From Candidatus Micrarchaeota archaeon (lineage in GTDB: Archaea; Micrarchaeota; Micrarchaeia; Anstonellales; Bilamarchaeaceae): DNA of 64,000 bases. Numbering within the stretch: the first letter of the stretch is position 1; every line of letters begins with the position of its first letter. Shown here piece by piece: positions 8,615 to 17,508 of the stretch. Under the pieces are notes generated by a model. The model ran no database searches. It saw only the letters and a list, made by a program, of their open reading frames with translations, and was not told the origin of the DNA. The position numbers and the translations under genes were made by a program. The stretch spans positions 1 through 64,000 of the forward strand of contig JBDRCX010000006.1 in the NCBI GenBank assembly GCA_043821365.1, given 5' to 3'.

Positions 8615-9952
8615 TCACCTTTTTCTTATCCTAGCTGCACTTGAGTGTGCTTCCAAAGACTCCAGATCAGCAAAACAGCTTGCCAAAGTTGACAATTTTT
8701 GTTGTCCTTGTTCAGTCAATTCTTCTACATATTGCCACACAACAAAATCTTTGACAGATAATCCTGATGAAAATCTTGCAGTGCTGTTTGTGGGGAGTAT
8801 GTGATTCCCCCCTGTCATCCCATAATCTGCAAATGATTCCCCAGTTTTTATAAAAATTGCACCAGCAGCAACACCTGATGATAATATGGCAAGTTCAGTA
8901 TCTTTTTTACAGAAAATTTCCAAGTGTTCTGGTGCGAAATCATTTGCGATTTGGACTCCGTCCAAAATATCCTCAACAATGAAGATAGCACCACAATTTT
9001 CAAGTGCTAATTTTATTTCGTTTTTTCGCTTCAGTTGAGTTAATTGCAAATCTAATTGTTTTTGGACTTCCACAACTAATTCTTTTGAATCAGTAACAAG
9101 AATTGCTGATGAATTTGTTCCGTGTTCTGCTTGAGCAAGCAAGTCTGCTGCAATAAATTCTGGATTTGCTGATTTATCTGCTATAATCAAAACTTCACTT
9201 GGGCCTGCAAGCATGTCAATTCCAACTTTACCTGATTGTAAAAGCTGGCTTTTGGCTTCGGTTACATATGAGTTTCCTGGTCCGCAGATTTTGTCGACTG
9301 ATCTGCTAATTTTCGGAATGCCATTTGCCATAAACCAAACTGCAGCAACACCACCGAGCCAAAACGCTTCGGTTATGTTAAGTTTTTGTAAAAGATAGGC
9401 AATTGCTGGATTTAGACCCTCTTTTCTTGGCGGAGTGCAAACTATCAATTCTCTGGATTTTGCAACCCTTGCACTTGTACCAGCCATAAGAAGCGAAGAT
9501 GGAAGAGGAGCCAGCCCACCTGGCACATATATCCCGATGCGTTCAATTGGTTTTGGAATGAACTTGGTAGACCCGAATTCTGTTTGTTTTATTATTGGTT
9601 GTAGGTTTTGTGCAATTTCTTGTTGAAACTCTTGAGTTTGATTAAACGCAAAATCAATTGCCTTAATCTGATTTTCTGTTAACTTAGATGCCTGAAGATT
9701 AATTTCATCTTTCTGAATTTTGATATTTTCTTGAGAAATAGTGATGCCATCAAATTTTAATGAATAATCAGCAAGTGCATCAAACCCTCTCTGGTTCATA
9801 TCATTTATCAATAATTTAACAGAATCAGAAACCGAGACAGACGTCCTATTTTTTAATTTAGATAAATCAGTAATATCTCTAACTAACCAAGATGTGAAGT
9901 AAACCCCTTCCCAAATCCTTCTTATCCTCCATTTTTTCACCTTTTTAAACAT
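8615..9952 (-). CDS. hisD: Histidinol dehydrogenase (5' end uncertain)
   Basis: GIYVPGG, GGVAAV, DKICGPGNSYV, IDMLAGPSEV, DLLAQAEH, APEHLE, GGNHILPT, LEAH. Confidence 0.95.
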   Translation of the reverse strand: MFKKVKKWRIRRIWEGVYFTSWLVRDITDLSKLKNRTSVSVSDSVKLLINDMNQRGFDALADYSLKFDGITISQENIKIQKDEINLQASKLTENQIKAIDFAFNQTQEFQQEIAQNLQPIIKQTEFGSTKFIPKPIERIGIYVPGGLAPLPSSLLMAGTSARVAKSRELIVCTPPRKEGLNPAIAYLLQKLNITEAFWLGGVAAVWFMANGIPKISRSVDKICGPGNSYVTEAKSQLLQSGKVGIDMLAGPSEVLIIADKSANPEFIAADLLAQAEHGTNSSAILVTDSKELVVEVQKQLDLQLTQLKRKNEIKLALENCGAIFIVEDILDGVQIANDFAPEHLEIFCKKDTELAILSSGVAAGAIFIKTGESFADYGMTGGNHILPTNSTARFSSGLSVKDFVVWQYVEELTEQGQQKLSTLASCFADLESLEAHSSAARIRKR

Positions 9953-10018
9953 GGTAATTTGCTCTTGGTTGTTGGAAATAACCAACAAACAAAAGACCCA
10001 CTTTTTTCCCACTTGAAT

Positions 10019-10040
10019 AGTGGTGAGAAGAGTTTATAAA
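10019..10040 (-). promoter_or_regulatory. Putative promoter of the his operon: TATA box plus downstream CACCACT motif
   Basis: Minus strand reads TTTATAAA-CTCTTCT-CACCACT, upstream of hisD. Confidence 0.55.
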
Positions 10041-10065
10041 GCTATGTTTTTTGTTGTTAAAAATG

Positions 10066-10461
10066 TTATAATTTGGTGATAGTTACAGAAGTTGCAAGGT
10101 TTTTCAGAAGTAGTTTTCTGAGTTTTTTCATATCAACATTTTTTGCCGAACATAGGATACGCCAAGTTGCACCTTTGGTACGCAGAGTAGAATGGGACTC
10201 CGTGGCAATAAGATCAATATTATTTTTATATAGAAGTTGAGCAAGCTTTGCAAGAGTTCCAGGAGTATCCCCCATGCCGATAACCATTTGATAGACATTA
10301 TTTTCAGCATACTGGCAGATAATTATTGCATGGTTCTGATTATCCAGAGAAACAAAAATAGGATCATCTTCTTTTAGTCCCAGCGTCTCACGAAATGATT
10401 TTGGAATGAGTGCACGGCCTTTTGAATCCAACTTTGTTTTTTCTGTTTTCATGACTATCAT
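10066..10461 (-). CDS. AbrB/MazE-type DNA-binding domain fused to ACT domain (paralogue 1)
   Basis: KLDSKGRALIPKSFRETLGL (AbrB swapped hairpin), then MGDTPGTLAKLAQLL...IDLIATES (ACT). Confidence 0.85.
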   Translation of the reverse strand: MIVMKTEKTKLDSKGRALIPKSFRETLGLKEDDPIFVSLDNQNHAIIICQYAENNVYQMVIGMGDTPGTLAKLAQLLYKNNIDLIATESHSTLRTKGATWRILCSAKNVDMKKLRKLLLKNLATSVTITKL

Positions 10462-10487
10462 ACATTATCAGATTTTAAAAATTTAAG

Positions 10488-10877
10488 TTAAAGATGAACG
10501 ATGGTAACAGAAGTAGCTCCGTTTTTTTGTAGATCTCTCTTCAAACCTGTAATGTCTTGTTTGCTTTTGAATGTTCCAACTGCTCTCCACCATGCACTTT
10601 TGTTTCGAACCATAGAATGTGCTTCAGTAAAAACAATATCGAAATGATGTTCATAAAGAACAGAAGCAAGCCATGCCAATGAACCAGGTTTATCTTTCAT
10701 GGTGATTAGGATTTCATAGATATTGGTTGATTTGAATTGGGAAACTCGCAAGGTGTGGTTTTTTTCATCTAGAAGTATAAACACTGGGTCATTAACCTTA
10801 AGCCCTAGGTGTTCTAGAAATTCACTTGGTAAACGAATATTGTGTCTTGGACCTATTTTTGATTTTGATATTTTCAT
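10488..10877 (-). CDS. AbrB/MazE-type DNA-binding domain fused to ACT domain (paralogue 2)
   Basis: KIGPRHNIRLPSEFLEHLGL, then MKDKPGSLAWLASVL...FDIVFTEA; collinear with the neighbouring gene. Confidence 0.8.
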   Translation of the reverse strand: MKISKSKIGPRHNIRLPSEFLEHLGLKVNDPVFILLDEKNHTLRVSQFKSTNIYEILITMKDKPGSLAWLASVLYEHHFDIVFTEAHSMVRNKSAWWRAVGTFKSKQDITGLKRDLQKNGATSVTIVHL

Positions 10878-10954
10878 ATCACCACATCTAGTCTCAAATT
10901 AATAATTGTTAGTAAGGAAAACAGATAAAACCCTTGCATATTATAGATAACACA

Positions 10955-12409
10955 ATGTCCAACCTATTGGGAAAATTATTTGCAGTAATGTTTTATGCAT
11001 CAATTCCTCTGCTTGTTCCGTTTATATACAGCTTGTATATAGGTGATGACGGTTGGATACCAATTGGGATTACCATTGCAATTTTAGCTCTACCTGCAAT
11101 ACCACAAATGATCCTGGCTATTGCAGACAATATAAGTAATTTCATAAAATCAATATTGAACCCAGAGGTACCGTTCAATTATGCAAAAATTGTAAACACA
11201 GAAGAGATAAGGAAGAAAGTAGAAGTACTGACTTTGGGTGAAGTTCTCGTCATAACATCAGTGGCATGGATTCTCGTCCCACTTATATCAGTAATACCAT
11301 ACCTCTATTACGGTGTGCCTGGTATCGATGCAATATTTGAAAGTGTATCAGGTTGGACATCAACAGGACTTTCTGCACTCCAGACAGTAGATGTTCTTCC
11401 CGAGAGTGTGATTTTTTTCAGGAGTACAACTCAATGGATAGGTGGCCTTGGTATTGTTATTTTGATATTAAGTACCCTCAGGGGAAGAGAGGCAATAAGT
11501 TTTTTAAGAGCAGAAGGAAGAAATCAGGCTGAACTTGGAATAGGTCAGACAGTTGCATTAACGTTCAAGGTCTATGTTGCAATAACAATAGCCGGTATGG
11601 CCCTTCTTTTACTATCTGGTTTTGATTTGTTCAACTCAGTAAACCTGGCACTTAGCGGATTATCAAATGGGGGATTCTTTCCTTTTGATAATTATGAGTT
11701 TTTACCAATCCAAAAGATTGTTTTGGCCATATTGATGTTTGGAGGAGCAACAAGCTTTTTGTTCTATAACAATATATGGCATGGGAAAATAGGCAGAAGT
11801 ATTATTGAAGAGGAATTCATATTTTACCTATTCATTACAGTACTTGCAATAATGATGATAATTGCTATTGGAAAAGAAGATATTTTCAACACTGTTTTAA
11901 ACGGAATATCTGCAGTTGCAACTGGTGGGTTTGGTATAGGTGATTTGAGCATACTACATAATTTCGCCATCTATGTACTCATATTAATGATGCTTAGTGG
12001 AGGGATGGTCGGATCAACAACAGGTGGAATCAAATTATGGCGTATTTTAGTGATATTAAAAGCACTTGCAAAACAAGTAAAAGAAACATTCTTACCGCAT
12101 GGGTCAGTACAGGTTGTAAAGATCAACGGACTACCAATAAACGAAAGGATGATAGTTGAAAGTGCAACTTTTGTTTTTGCATATCTACTGCTTTTCTTGT
12201 TCAGTGCAGGAGTTTTTCTGGCAGTTGGATATGGAGTGAATAACTCCTTGTTTATTGTTGCTTCTGCAATGGGCAATGTTGGTCTTTCAACGATATCAGT
12301 ACCCACCATGAGCACCATGGCAAAGACTTTTTTAATGGTACTAATGTATTTAGGTAGAATAGAGATATTCCCTTTTCTTGCTTTAGTTGGTTACTTGGTG
12401 AGGAGATAA
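10955..12409 (+). CDS. trkH: TrkH-family potassium uptake membrane protein
   Basis: Pore-loop signatures FESVSGWTSTGLS, SNGGF, ATGGF and SAMGNVG, plus GSTTGGIK and MYLGRIE. Confidence 0.93.
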   Translation: MSNLLGKLFAVMFYASIPLLVPFIYSLYIGDDGWIPIGITIAILALPAIPQMILAIADNISNFIKSILNPEVPFNYAKIVNTEEIRKKVEVLTLGEVLVITSVAWILVPLISVIPYLYYGVPGIDAIFESVSGWTSTGLSALQTVDVLPESVIFFRSTTQWIGGLGIVILILSTLRGREAISFLRAEGRNQAELGIGQTVALTFKVYVAITIAGMALLLLSGFDLFNSVNLALSGLSNGGFFPFDNYEFLPIQKIVLAILMFGGATSFLFYNNIWHGKIGRSIIEEEFIFYLFITVLAIMMIIAIGKEDIFNTVLNGISAVATGGFGIGDLSILHNFAIYVLILMMLSGGMVGSTTGGIKLWRILVILKALAKQVKETFLPHGSVQVVKINGLPINERMIVESATFVFAYLLLFLFSAGVFLAVGYGVNNSLFIVASAMGNVGLSTISVPTMSTMAKTFLMVLMYLGRIEIFPFLALVGYLVRR

Positions 12410-12410
12410 T

Positions 12411-13019
12411 ATGAAGATAGTTATATTTGGCGGTGGAAGAGTTGGTAAGGCACTCTTACAAACACTTAGTGATGGCAAGCACAAGATAGTGATGGTTGAT
12501 GCTGATAGGTTGGTTTGTGATGAGATAGCTGGAGAAACAAATGCAAATGTTATTTGTGGGGACATAGCAGACCCACAACTTCTTGAAGAATTGAAATTAG
12601 ATGAAGCTGATTATGTATTTGCAGTCACAGGAAATGAAGAGACAAACTTCTTGGTATCAGTATATGCAAAACATATGAAAGCCAAAAAAGTAGTCTCACG
12701 TGCTTCTGAAGCAAAATATTCAATACTTATGGAAAGACTTGGTGTTGAACCACTCATACCAGAAGTTACACTTGCACGTGAACTGGCAAACATGGTAATA
12801 AGTCCAAAAATAACAAAAATGCTTGACCCAAAATATTCAAACATTGAGATATATGAAAAGGAGATAGATGGAGGACTTAAAGGTAAAACAGTAAAGGAAA
12901 TAGCAGAGAAAAAGAAATTTGTAATAATATCCATCCATGATGGTGAAAAATTCCTTAGACCAGACCCAGATTTTGTACTTGAGGAAGGAATGTCAATAAT
13001 AGTTGTCAAGCACAATTAA
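12411..13019 (+). CDS. trkA: TrkA-family RCK regulatory subunit
   Basis: IVIFGGGRVG Rossmann motif, GDIAD, AVTGNEETN; directly follows trkH. Confidence 0.92.
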   Translation: MKIVIFGGGRVGKALLQTLSDGKHKIVMVDADRLVCDEIAGETNANVICGDIADPQLLEELKLDEADYVFAVTGNEETNFLVSVYAKHMKAKKVVSRASEAKYSILMERLGVEPLIPEVTLARELANMVISPKITKMLDPKYSNIEIYEKEIDGGLKGKTVKEIAEKKKFVIISIHDGEKFLRPDPDFVLEEGMSIIVVKHN

Positions 13020-14109
13020 TTTTCTTATTTTTCATAAACTCAAAAATAAGTACATAGAGAAACATAGATAGACCAGTAACCAGTAAAGGAATGCGTAAAT
13101 CTAATGTTAGAAGATATAATCCAAGTGAAAATATAGCACTAAATGATCTTCCCAAATTTAGCATAATTTCTCTTGAATACATTATGCCAGGTGTTATTTG
13201 CCTTTTGTCAAGCATTAAAGAAAGTGGAAATGGAAAGAACAATACCCTTGCGAAATTAACAAATGAAACCGCAATAAACCAAAACAGAATATCAGAAGCA
13301 AAAGATGCAAACACTGTTGAAATTCCTAGAATAATTGCAAATAATATTATGAAGTTCCTTCGATTACCTGATCTGTCTGAGGATTTTGCAAAGATAAATG
13401 AAGACACCACAGACAAAACCATTGCAAGAGACATGAAAATACCGAAATCAACAGGCCTGGGAAAATAGTATATTGAAATTATTGTTATGAGGACAAATGG
13501 GGCTATATGATGTACCCCTTCAATAAAAAATAAAGTTTTGAAACCATCAAGTTCTTTTAAACTAACAGCTAGATTCAAAGAAACTTTTTTCTTAGGTGCC
13601 AATTTCAATGAGATCAGGGAAGCAAACAAGAGTATAATGGCACTAGATAAAAAAATTGCAGCAAACCCGAATTCCTGCGCTATTGCACCAGACAATGCAG
13701 GCATTATAAGACCAACAACGATAATTATAGCAGCATAGATTGTACTGTGAGCGGCATTCTGTTTTTTCATTGAAAACCAGAAATGATTGAATGGCACCCA
13801 GAATAGAAAAAATGAGAGTGCACCTATTGCAAATAATGCTATCACTCCTGCTACCCCACCTAAAAAAACAAATAGGAAATATGCCAATGCAACAAAGAAC
13901 ATTCCCAATGGCATTGAGATTGCAGAATCATAATTCCTAAGAATAATGAGGAAAATAAGTGGAAATGCATAGTTTAGAAAAGCAAAGAACAACATTTCCT
14001 GGACAGAAAAACCAACTGTAAACAAGTATGGGAAAATGAATGATAATGAAAATGCCATCCCAACATTCCAAAGGATGAACATGAGAGTTAGATTGTTTTC
14101 ATTTTGCAT
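13006..14109 (-). CDS. MFS-type transporter
   Basis: About 12 hydrophobic segments; AKSSDRSGNRR loop resembles MFS motif A. Confidence 0.7.
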   Translation of the reverse strand: MQNENNLTLMFILWNVGMAFSLSFIFPYLFTVGFSVQEMLFFAFLNYAFPLIFLIILRNYDSAISMPLGMFFVALAYFLFVFLGGVAGVIALFAIGALSFFLFWVPFNHFWFSMKKQNAAHSTIYAAIIIVVGLIMPALSGAIAQEFGFAAIFLSSAIILLFASLISLKLAPKKKVSLNLAVSLKELDGFKTLFFIEGVHHIAPFVLITIISIYYFPRPVDFGIFMSLAMVLSVVSSFIFAKSSDRSGNRRNFIILFAIILGISTVFASFASDILFWFIAVSFVNFARVLFFPFPLSLMLDKRQITPGIMYSREIMLNLGRSFSAIFSLGLYLLTLDLRIPLLVTGLSMFLYVLIFEFMKNKKINCA

Positions 14110-14172
14110 GGTTCCACTTAGTTTTTATTAACTTCTAGTATTAATAAATAAATCCCTAGCCCCGTCGTCTAG

Positions 14173-14195
14173 TTTACCTTTTAGGAAAAGGTAAA
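14173..14195 (+). repeat. REP-like palindrome copy 1
   Basis: TTTACCTTTT-AGG-AAAAGGTAAA followed by GCCAAAAC. Confidence 0.85.
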
Positions 14196-14264
14196 GCCAA
14201 AACCGGGTGATTAAATTCGCTTTGCGAATTTTTCACGAAGTGAAAAATCAAAAACCAGTTTTTG

Positions 14265-14289
14265 TGCCACTTTTTCCTAAAAAGTGGCA
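14265..14289 (-). repeat. REP-like palindrome copy 2
   Basis: TGCCACTTTTT-CCT-AAAAAGTGGCA preceded by CAGTTTTTG (inverted relative to copy 1). Confidence 0.85.
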
Positions 14290-14349
14290 GTGGTCAAGGA
14301 TAGGAGATTCTGGATCTCTTGACAGCGGTTCGAATCCGCTCGGGGCTAA

Positions 14350-14766
14350 TTATCTTTTTGAAAACTTTGCTGCTACGCCAGACACTTCATCATGAATATC
14401 TTGGATAGCATCTTCAAAAACCATCGAAGCAGTAGAAACAAGTGTTGTTGTGGCACTTATAAGATTAGTGAGGGCAGCCATATTAACGTCATCATGATCT
14501 GCACTAAGAAGAGTTTTGGTTGGAACTTGTTCCCTAATTAGTATGTATAATGGAACACCTTCACCAAGTAAAAACCTAACTTGAGCTAGTGTTGGTTTTC
14601 CTTTTCCATGTGGACGTAGAATATCAGATATTGTTACCTGCATCCTATCTGACGCTACCTTCATGTGTTCAAGCTCTCCCAAAAGCACTGATTGTGAAGC
14701 TTGTGGAAGATCTTTGAAATTGGTTTTTTGTTCACTAATTCTAAGTGTTCTTAAACGAACTCCCAT
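14350..14766 (-). CDS. Hypothetical protein
   Basis: 138-aa ORF filling the gap between tRNA-Gln and the next gene; no motif recognised. Confidence 0.6.
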   Translation of the reverse strand: MGVRLRTLRISEQKTNFKDLPQASQSVLLGELEHMKVASDRMQVTISDILRPHGKGKPTLAQVRFLLGEGVPLYILIREQVPTKTLLSADHDDVNMAALTNLISATTTLVSTASMVFEDAIQDIHDEVSGVAAKFSKR

Positions 14767-14844
14767 AATAATCTATCAATAGTAACACCTTTTAAACATA
14801 ATGAGTAACAAGTTAAAAAACATTGACCCTCTAATTCACTGTAA

Positions 14845-15255
14845 ATGGATATTTCTCCGAAGAACATTAGTGATAGCCTCGCTGCTGCAGAATGGGATGC
14901 ACTAGCCCATGCACTAAAAAAAATGGATACTGGAATCATAGGGGATGATGCAACTTCAAAAAAATTACGCGCACAACTCGGAATTATTAGAATGATAATG
15001 TACGAGGAGATAAGAGAATGGAATGGGCACAATACCATTGACATAACATTTTTTGTTGCATCATTTAAAACAATAAAAAAATTAGAAAAAGATTTTAGTA
15101 AAAAAGGCATAACTAAAAGTGAGTTCTTATTATTCCTAAAGCTGCTATTTTATAAATTTAAAAAACAAAAGATAATAGCCATAAAACCGCTTGAAAAAAT
15201 CGGCGAGTTCAAAAAAATGAAAGGGGTGGTAGAGAATGGCTATGGTCTTATATGA
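14845..15255 (+). CDS. Hypothetical protein
   Basis: 136-aa ORF overlapping the start of the PGI gene. Confidence 0.6.
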   Translation: MDISPKNISDSLAAAEWDALAHALKKMDTGIIGDDATSKKLRAQLGIIRMIMYEEIREWNGHNTIDITFFVASFKTIKKLEKDFSKKGITKSEFLLFLKLLFYKFKKQKIIAIKPLEKIGEFKKMKGVVENGYGLI

Positions 15256-15949
15256 AAATCCGATTCGAATAGAATTAGATGGTATTGATATTATTGTAAA
15301 TGGAGAAACACACCACAAATCCATCAGATACCTAAACCAAATGAAAAAAACCCTTATGAAGTCCATTGATGGCAACATTAATCCTGAAATGTATTTTATG
15401 TTTAGAAATATATATAGCAATCATGATCTCAGGTATGATATAACCATACTTTCTGCACTTGAAATAAATGGTGAGTGCACAAAAACATATGGGCATTACC
15501 ACCCAGAAGATGAGAAGGGAATCTCTTACCCTGAATTATACCAGGTATTGAAAGGAGAGGCAGTATTTATCTTACAGAGAAAAAACAGAGATGGTAGCAT
15601 TGATACAATAATGACCCATGCAAAAGAGGGTGATGTGATACTTATGCCACCTGGATATGGACATGTATCCATAAACCCAGGAGACAAAGCATTGGTACTT
15701 TCCAATCTTGTTTATGATAAATTCGAATCAGTATATACTGATTTTGAAGAAAACCAAGGCGGCGCATATTATTACCTTAAAGGAGGGGAAATAGTTCAGA
15801 ATTCCAATTACATAGTTAAACATAATGAAAGAATGACACCGGAGCAGATTAATGAACGATATAAATTCAATTGTAAAGATCTGCTAAAAGAATTTTATGA
15901 GAACCCTAAAAAGTTTGAGTTTTTAAGAAACCCAGAACTTTTAGAGTAA
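15236..15949 (+). CDS. pgi: Cupin-type (archaeal) glucose-6-phosphate isomerase
   Basis: LRYDITIL, KTYGHYHP, YPELYQVLKGEA, PPGYGHVSINPG, GGAYY. Confidence 0.88.
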   Translation: MAMVLYENPIRIELDGIDIIVNGETHHKSIRYLNQMKKTLMKSIDGNINPEMYFMFRNIYSNHDLRYDITILSALEINGECTKTYGHYHPEDEKGISYPELYQVLKGEAVFILQRKNRDGSIDTIMTHAKEGDVILMPPGYGHVSINPGDKALVLSNLVYDKFESVYTDFEENQGGAYYYLKGGEIVQNSNYIVKHNERMTPEQINERYKFNCKDLLKEFYENPKKFEFLRNPELLE

Positions 15950-16693
15950 TTAAATTTCTATTTTTGAAAACAAATAACTCCCAACAACCAGAACAACCAG
16001 AGTAACTGCCCCCAGAATGCCAAAATCATTGAACATACCTAAATGAGATTGATTGATCAACGCACCCCTCAATCCATCCACACCATAGGAAAGTGGATTA
16101 AACATGGTTATTGTTGCTATGGCACTTGGAAGATTATCAAGTGGGAACAGTGCACCAGAAAGAAAGAATGTTGGCATCACTAAAAAGTTCATTATAAGGT
16201 GGAACCCTTGCATGTCTTCAAGTAGTGATGCAATTGCAGTTCCCAATGCAGTAAAGAAAAGAGCGATTAGAAATGCGAATACCACTGCTGCTGGAAGCAT
16301 AGTAAGATCAGGATGGAAACCAACAAGAAGCGATAGACCAAATACCAGAACTCCTTGAAATAATGAAATTGTTGCGCCGCCTAGAGTTCTTCCTAACATT
16401 ATTTCATACCTGGAAATTGGTGCAACCAATGTTTCTTTAAGAAACCCAAACTGCTTATCCCAAATAACCTCGATGCCTGCAAAAACAGCAGTAAACAGAA
16501 TACTCATTGCAATAATTCCAGGTGCCAAAAAATCAATATAGTTGCCACCACCTGCTTTCTCAAAAATTGGACCAAAGCCAAAACCAAGGGCAACTAGAAA
16601 CAACAAAGGCTGCCCAATAGAACCGATTATACGTGATTTGGAACGAAAGTACCTTTTTATCTGTCTAAGCCATAGGATATAGATTACTTCCAT
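15950..16693 (-). CDS. ABC-2 type exporter permease
   Basis: FLAPGIIAM, DKQFGFLKETLVAP, FLSGALFP, NPLSYGVDGLR. Confidence 0.92.
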   Translation of the reverse strand: MEVIYILWLRQIKRYFRSKSRIIGSIGQPLLFLVALGFGFGPIFEKAGGGNYIDFLAPGIIAMSILFTAVFAGIEVIWDKQFGFLKETLVAPISRYEIMLGRTLGGATISLFQGVLVFGLSLLVGFHPDLTMLPAAVVFAFLIALFFTALGTAIASLLEDMQGFHLIMNFLVMPTFFLSGALFPLDNLPSAIATITMFNPLSYGVDGLRGALINQSHLGMFNDFGILGAVTLVVLVVGSYLFSKIEI

Positions 16694-16694
16694 A

Positions 16695-17495
16695 TCACTT
16701 ACCTCTTCTTCTCCACATTTTCCTATTCATCCTCATATGATCAGATAACGCTGCTTCTTCTGCACGTATCTCACGACCAGTAAGTTGAATGAAAGCTTCC
16801 TCTAAAGTATTGCATTTTGTTTGTTTTTTTAATTCGTTGGATGAACCTTGTGCAATGATTTTCCCATTGTCAATTATTGCAATCTGATCTGCTATTTTTT
16901 CAGCTTCTTCCATATAATGCGTTGTAAAGAAAATAGTAATTTTTTCTTCTTTGTTCATTTTTTGGATATAGGACCAAATGTGGTTTCTTGTTTGTGGATC
17001 AAGACCAATTGTTGGTTCATCTAAAAAAAGGATTTTTGGATGATGAAGTAAACCACGTGCGATTTCAAGACGACGTTTCATACCACCAGAAAAATGCTTA
17101 ACAAGATCATTTTTTCTCTCCCAAAGCTCAACAAATTTCAAAAGATGTTCTATTTTCTTTTTTCTTGTATCAGATGGCATGTGATACACTGCTCCGTGAA
17201 AGTCCATGTTCTCATAGGCAGTAAGTTCATCATCAAGACTTTGATCTTGAAAAACAATACCAAAATTTTTGCGAACTTCATTTGGAGAACTTGCAAGATC
17301 ATGACCATTTAATCTAACCGAACCAATGGTAGGCTGGAGAAGAGTTGTCATCATCTTTATGGTAGTGCTTTTTCCAGCTCCATTTGGACCTAGAAAAGCA
17401 AATACACTACCCTGAGGAACAGTAAATGAAATATCATTAACAGCAATAACTTCTTTGAATTTTTTTGTTAGATTTGTTACTTCGATAGCAAACAT
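16695..17495 (-). CDS. ABC exporter ATP-binding protein (DrrA-like)
   Basis: GPNGAGKST, FSGGMKRR, LDEPTIGLD, TTHYM. Confidence 0.95.
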   Translation of the reverse strand: MFAIEVTNLTKKFKEVIAVNDISFTVPQGSVFAFLGPNGAGKSTTIKMMTTLLQPTIGSVRLNGHDLASSPNEVRKNFGIVFQDQSLDDELTAYENMDFHGAVYHMPSDTRKKKIEHLLKFVELWERKNDLVKHFSGGMKRRLEIARGLLHHPKILFLDEPTIGLDPQTRNHIWSYIQKMNKEEKITIFFTTHYMEEAEKIADQIAIIDNGKIIAQGSSNELKKQTKCNTLEEAFIQLTGREIRAEEAALSDHMRMNRKMWRRRGK

Positions 17496-17508
17496 GAGGG
17501 GCCTCTAA

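Larger units (their letters stand above)
14173..14290 (+). other. D-loop intron of tRNA-Gln containing four hairpins
   Basis: Removing it restores a normal D-loop. Hairpins at 14173-14195, 14213-14231, 14229-14247 and 14265-14289. Confidence 0.75.
14158..14348 (+). tRNA. tRNA-Gln(CTG) with 118-nt D-loop intron (15/16)
   Basis: Joined exons give acceptor AGCCCCG/CGGGGCT, D-arm GTCT-AGTGGTCAA-GGAT, anticodon arm GGAGA-TTCTGGA-TCTCT and T-arm AGCGG-TTCGAAT-CCGCT. Confidence 0.9.

Noticed and set aside
9879-9932. His-rich attenuator leader peptide
   Set aside because: The uORF has only one His codon and no terminator/antiterminator pair is evident; kept only as a start-site anomaly.
14207-14395. 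Short ORFs overlapping tRNA genes (also 24192-24398, 35692-35877, 57851-58111)
   Set aside because: They run through tRNA or hairpin sequence and have no coding features.
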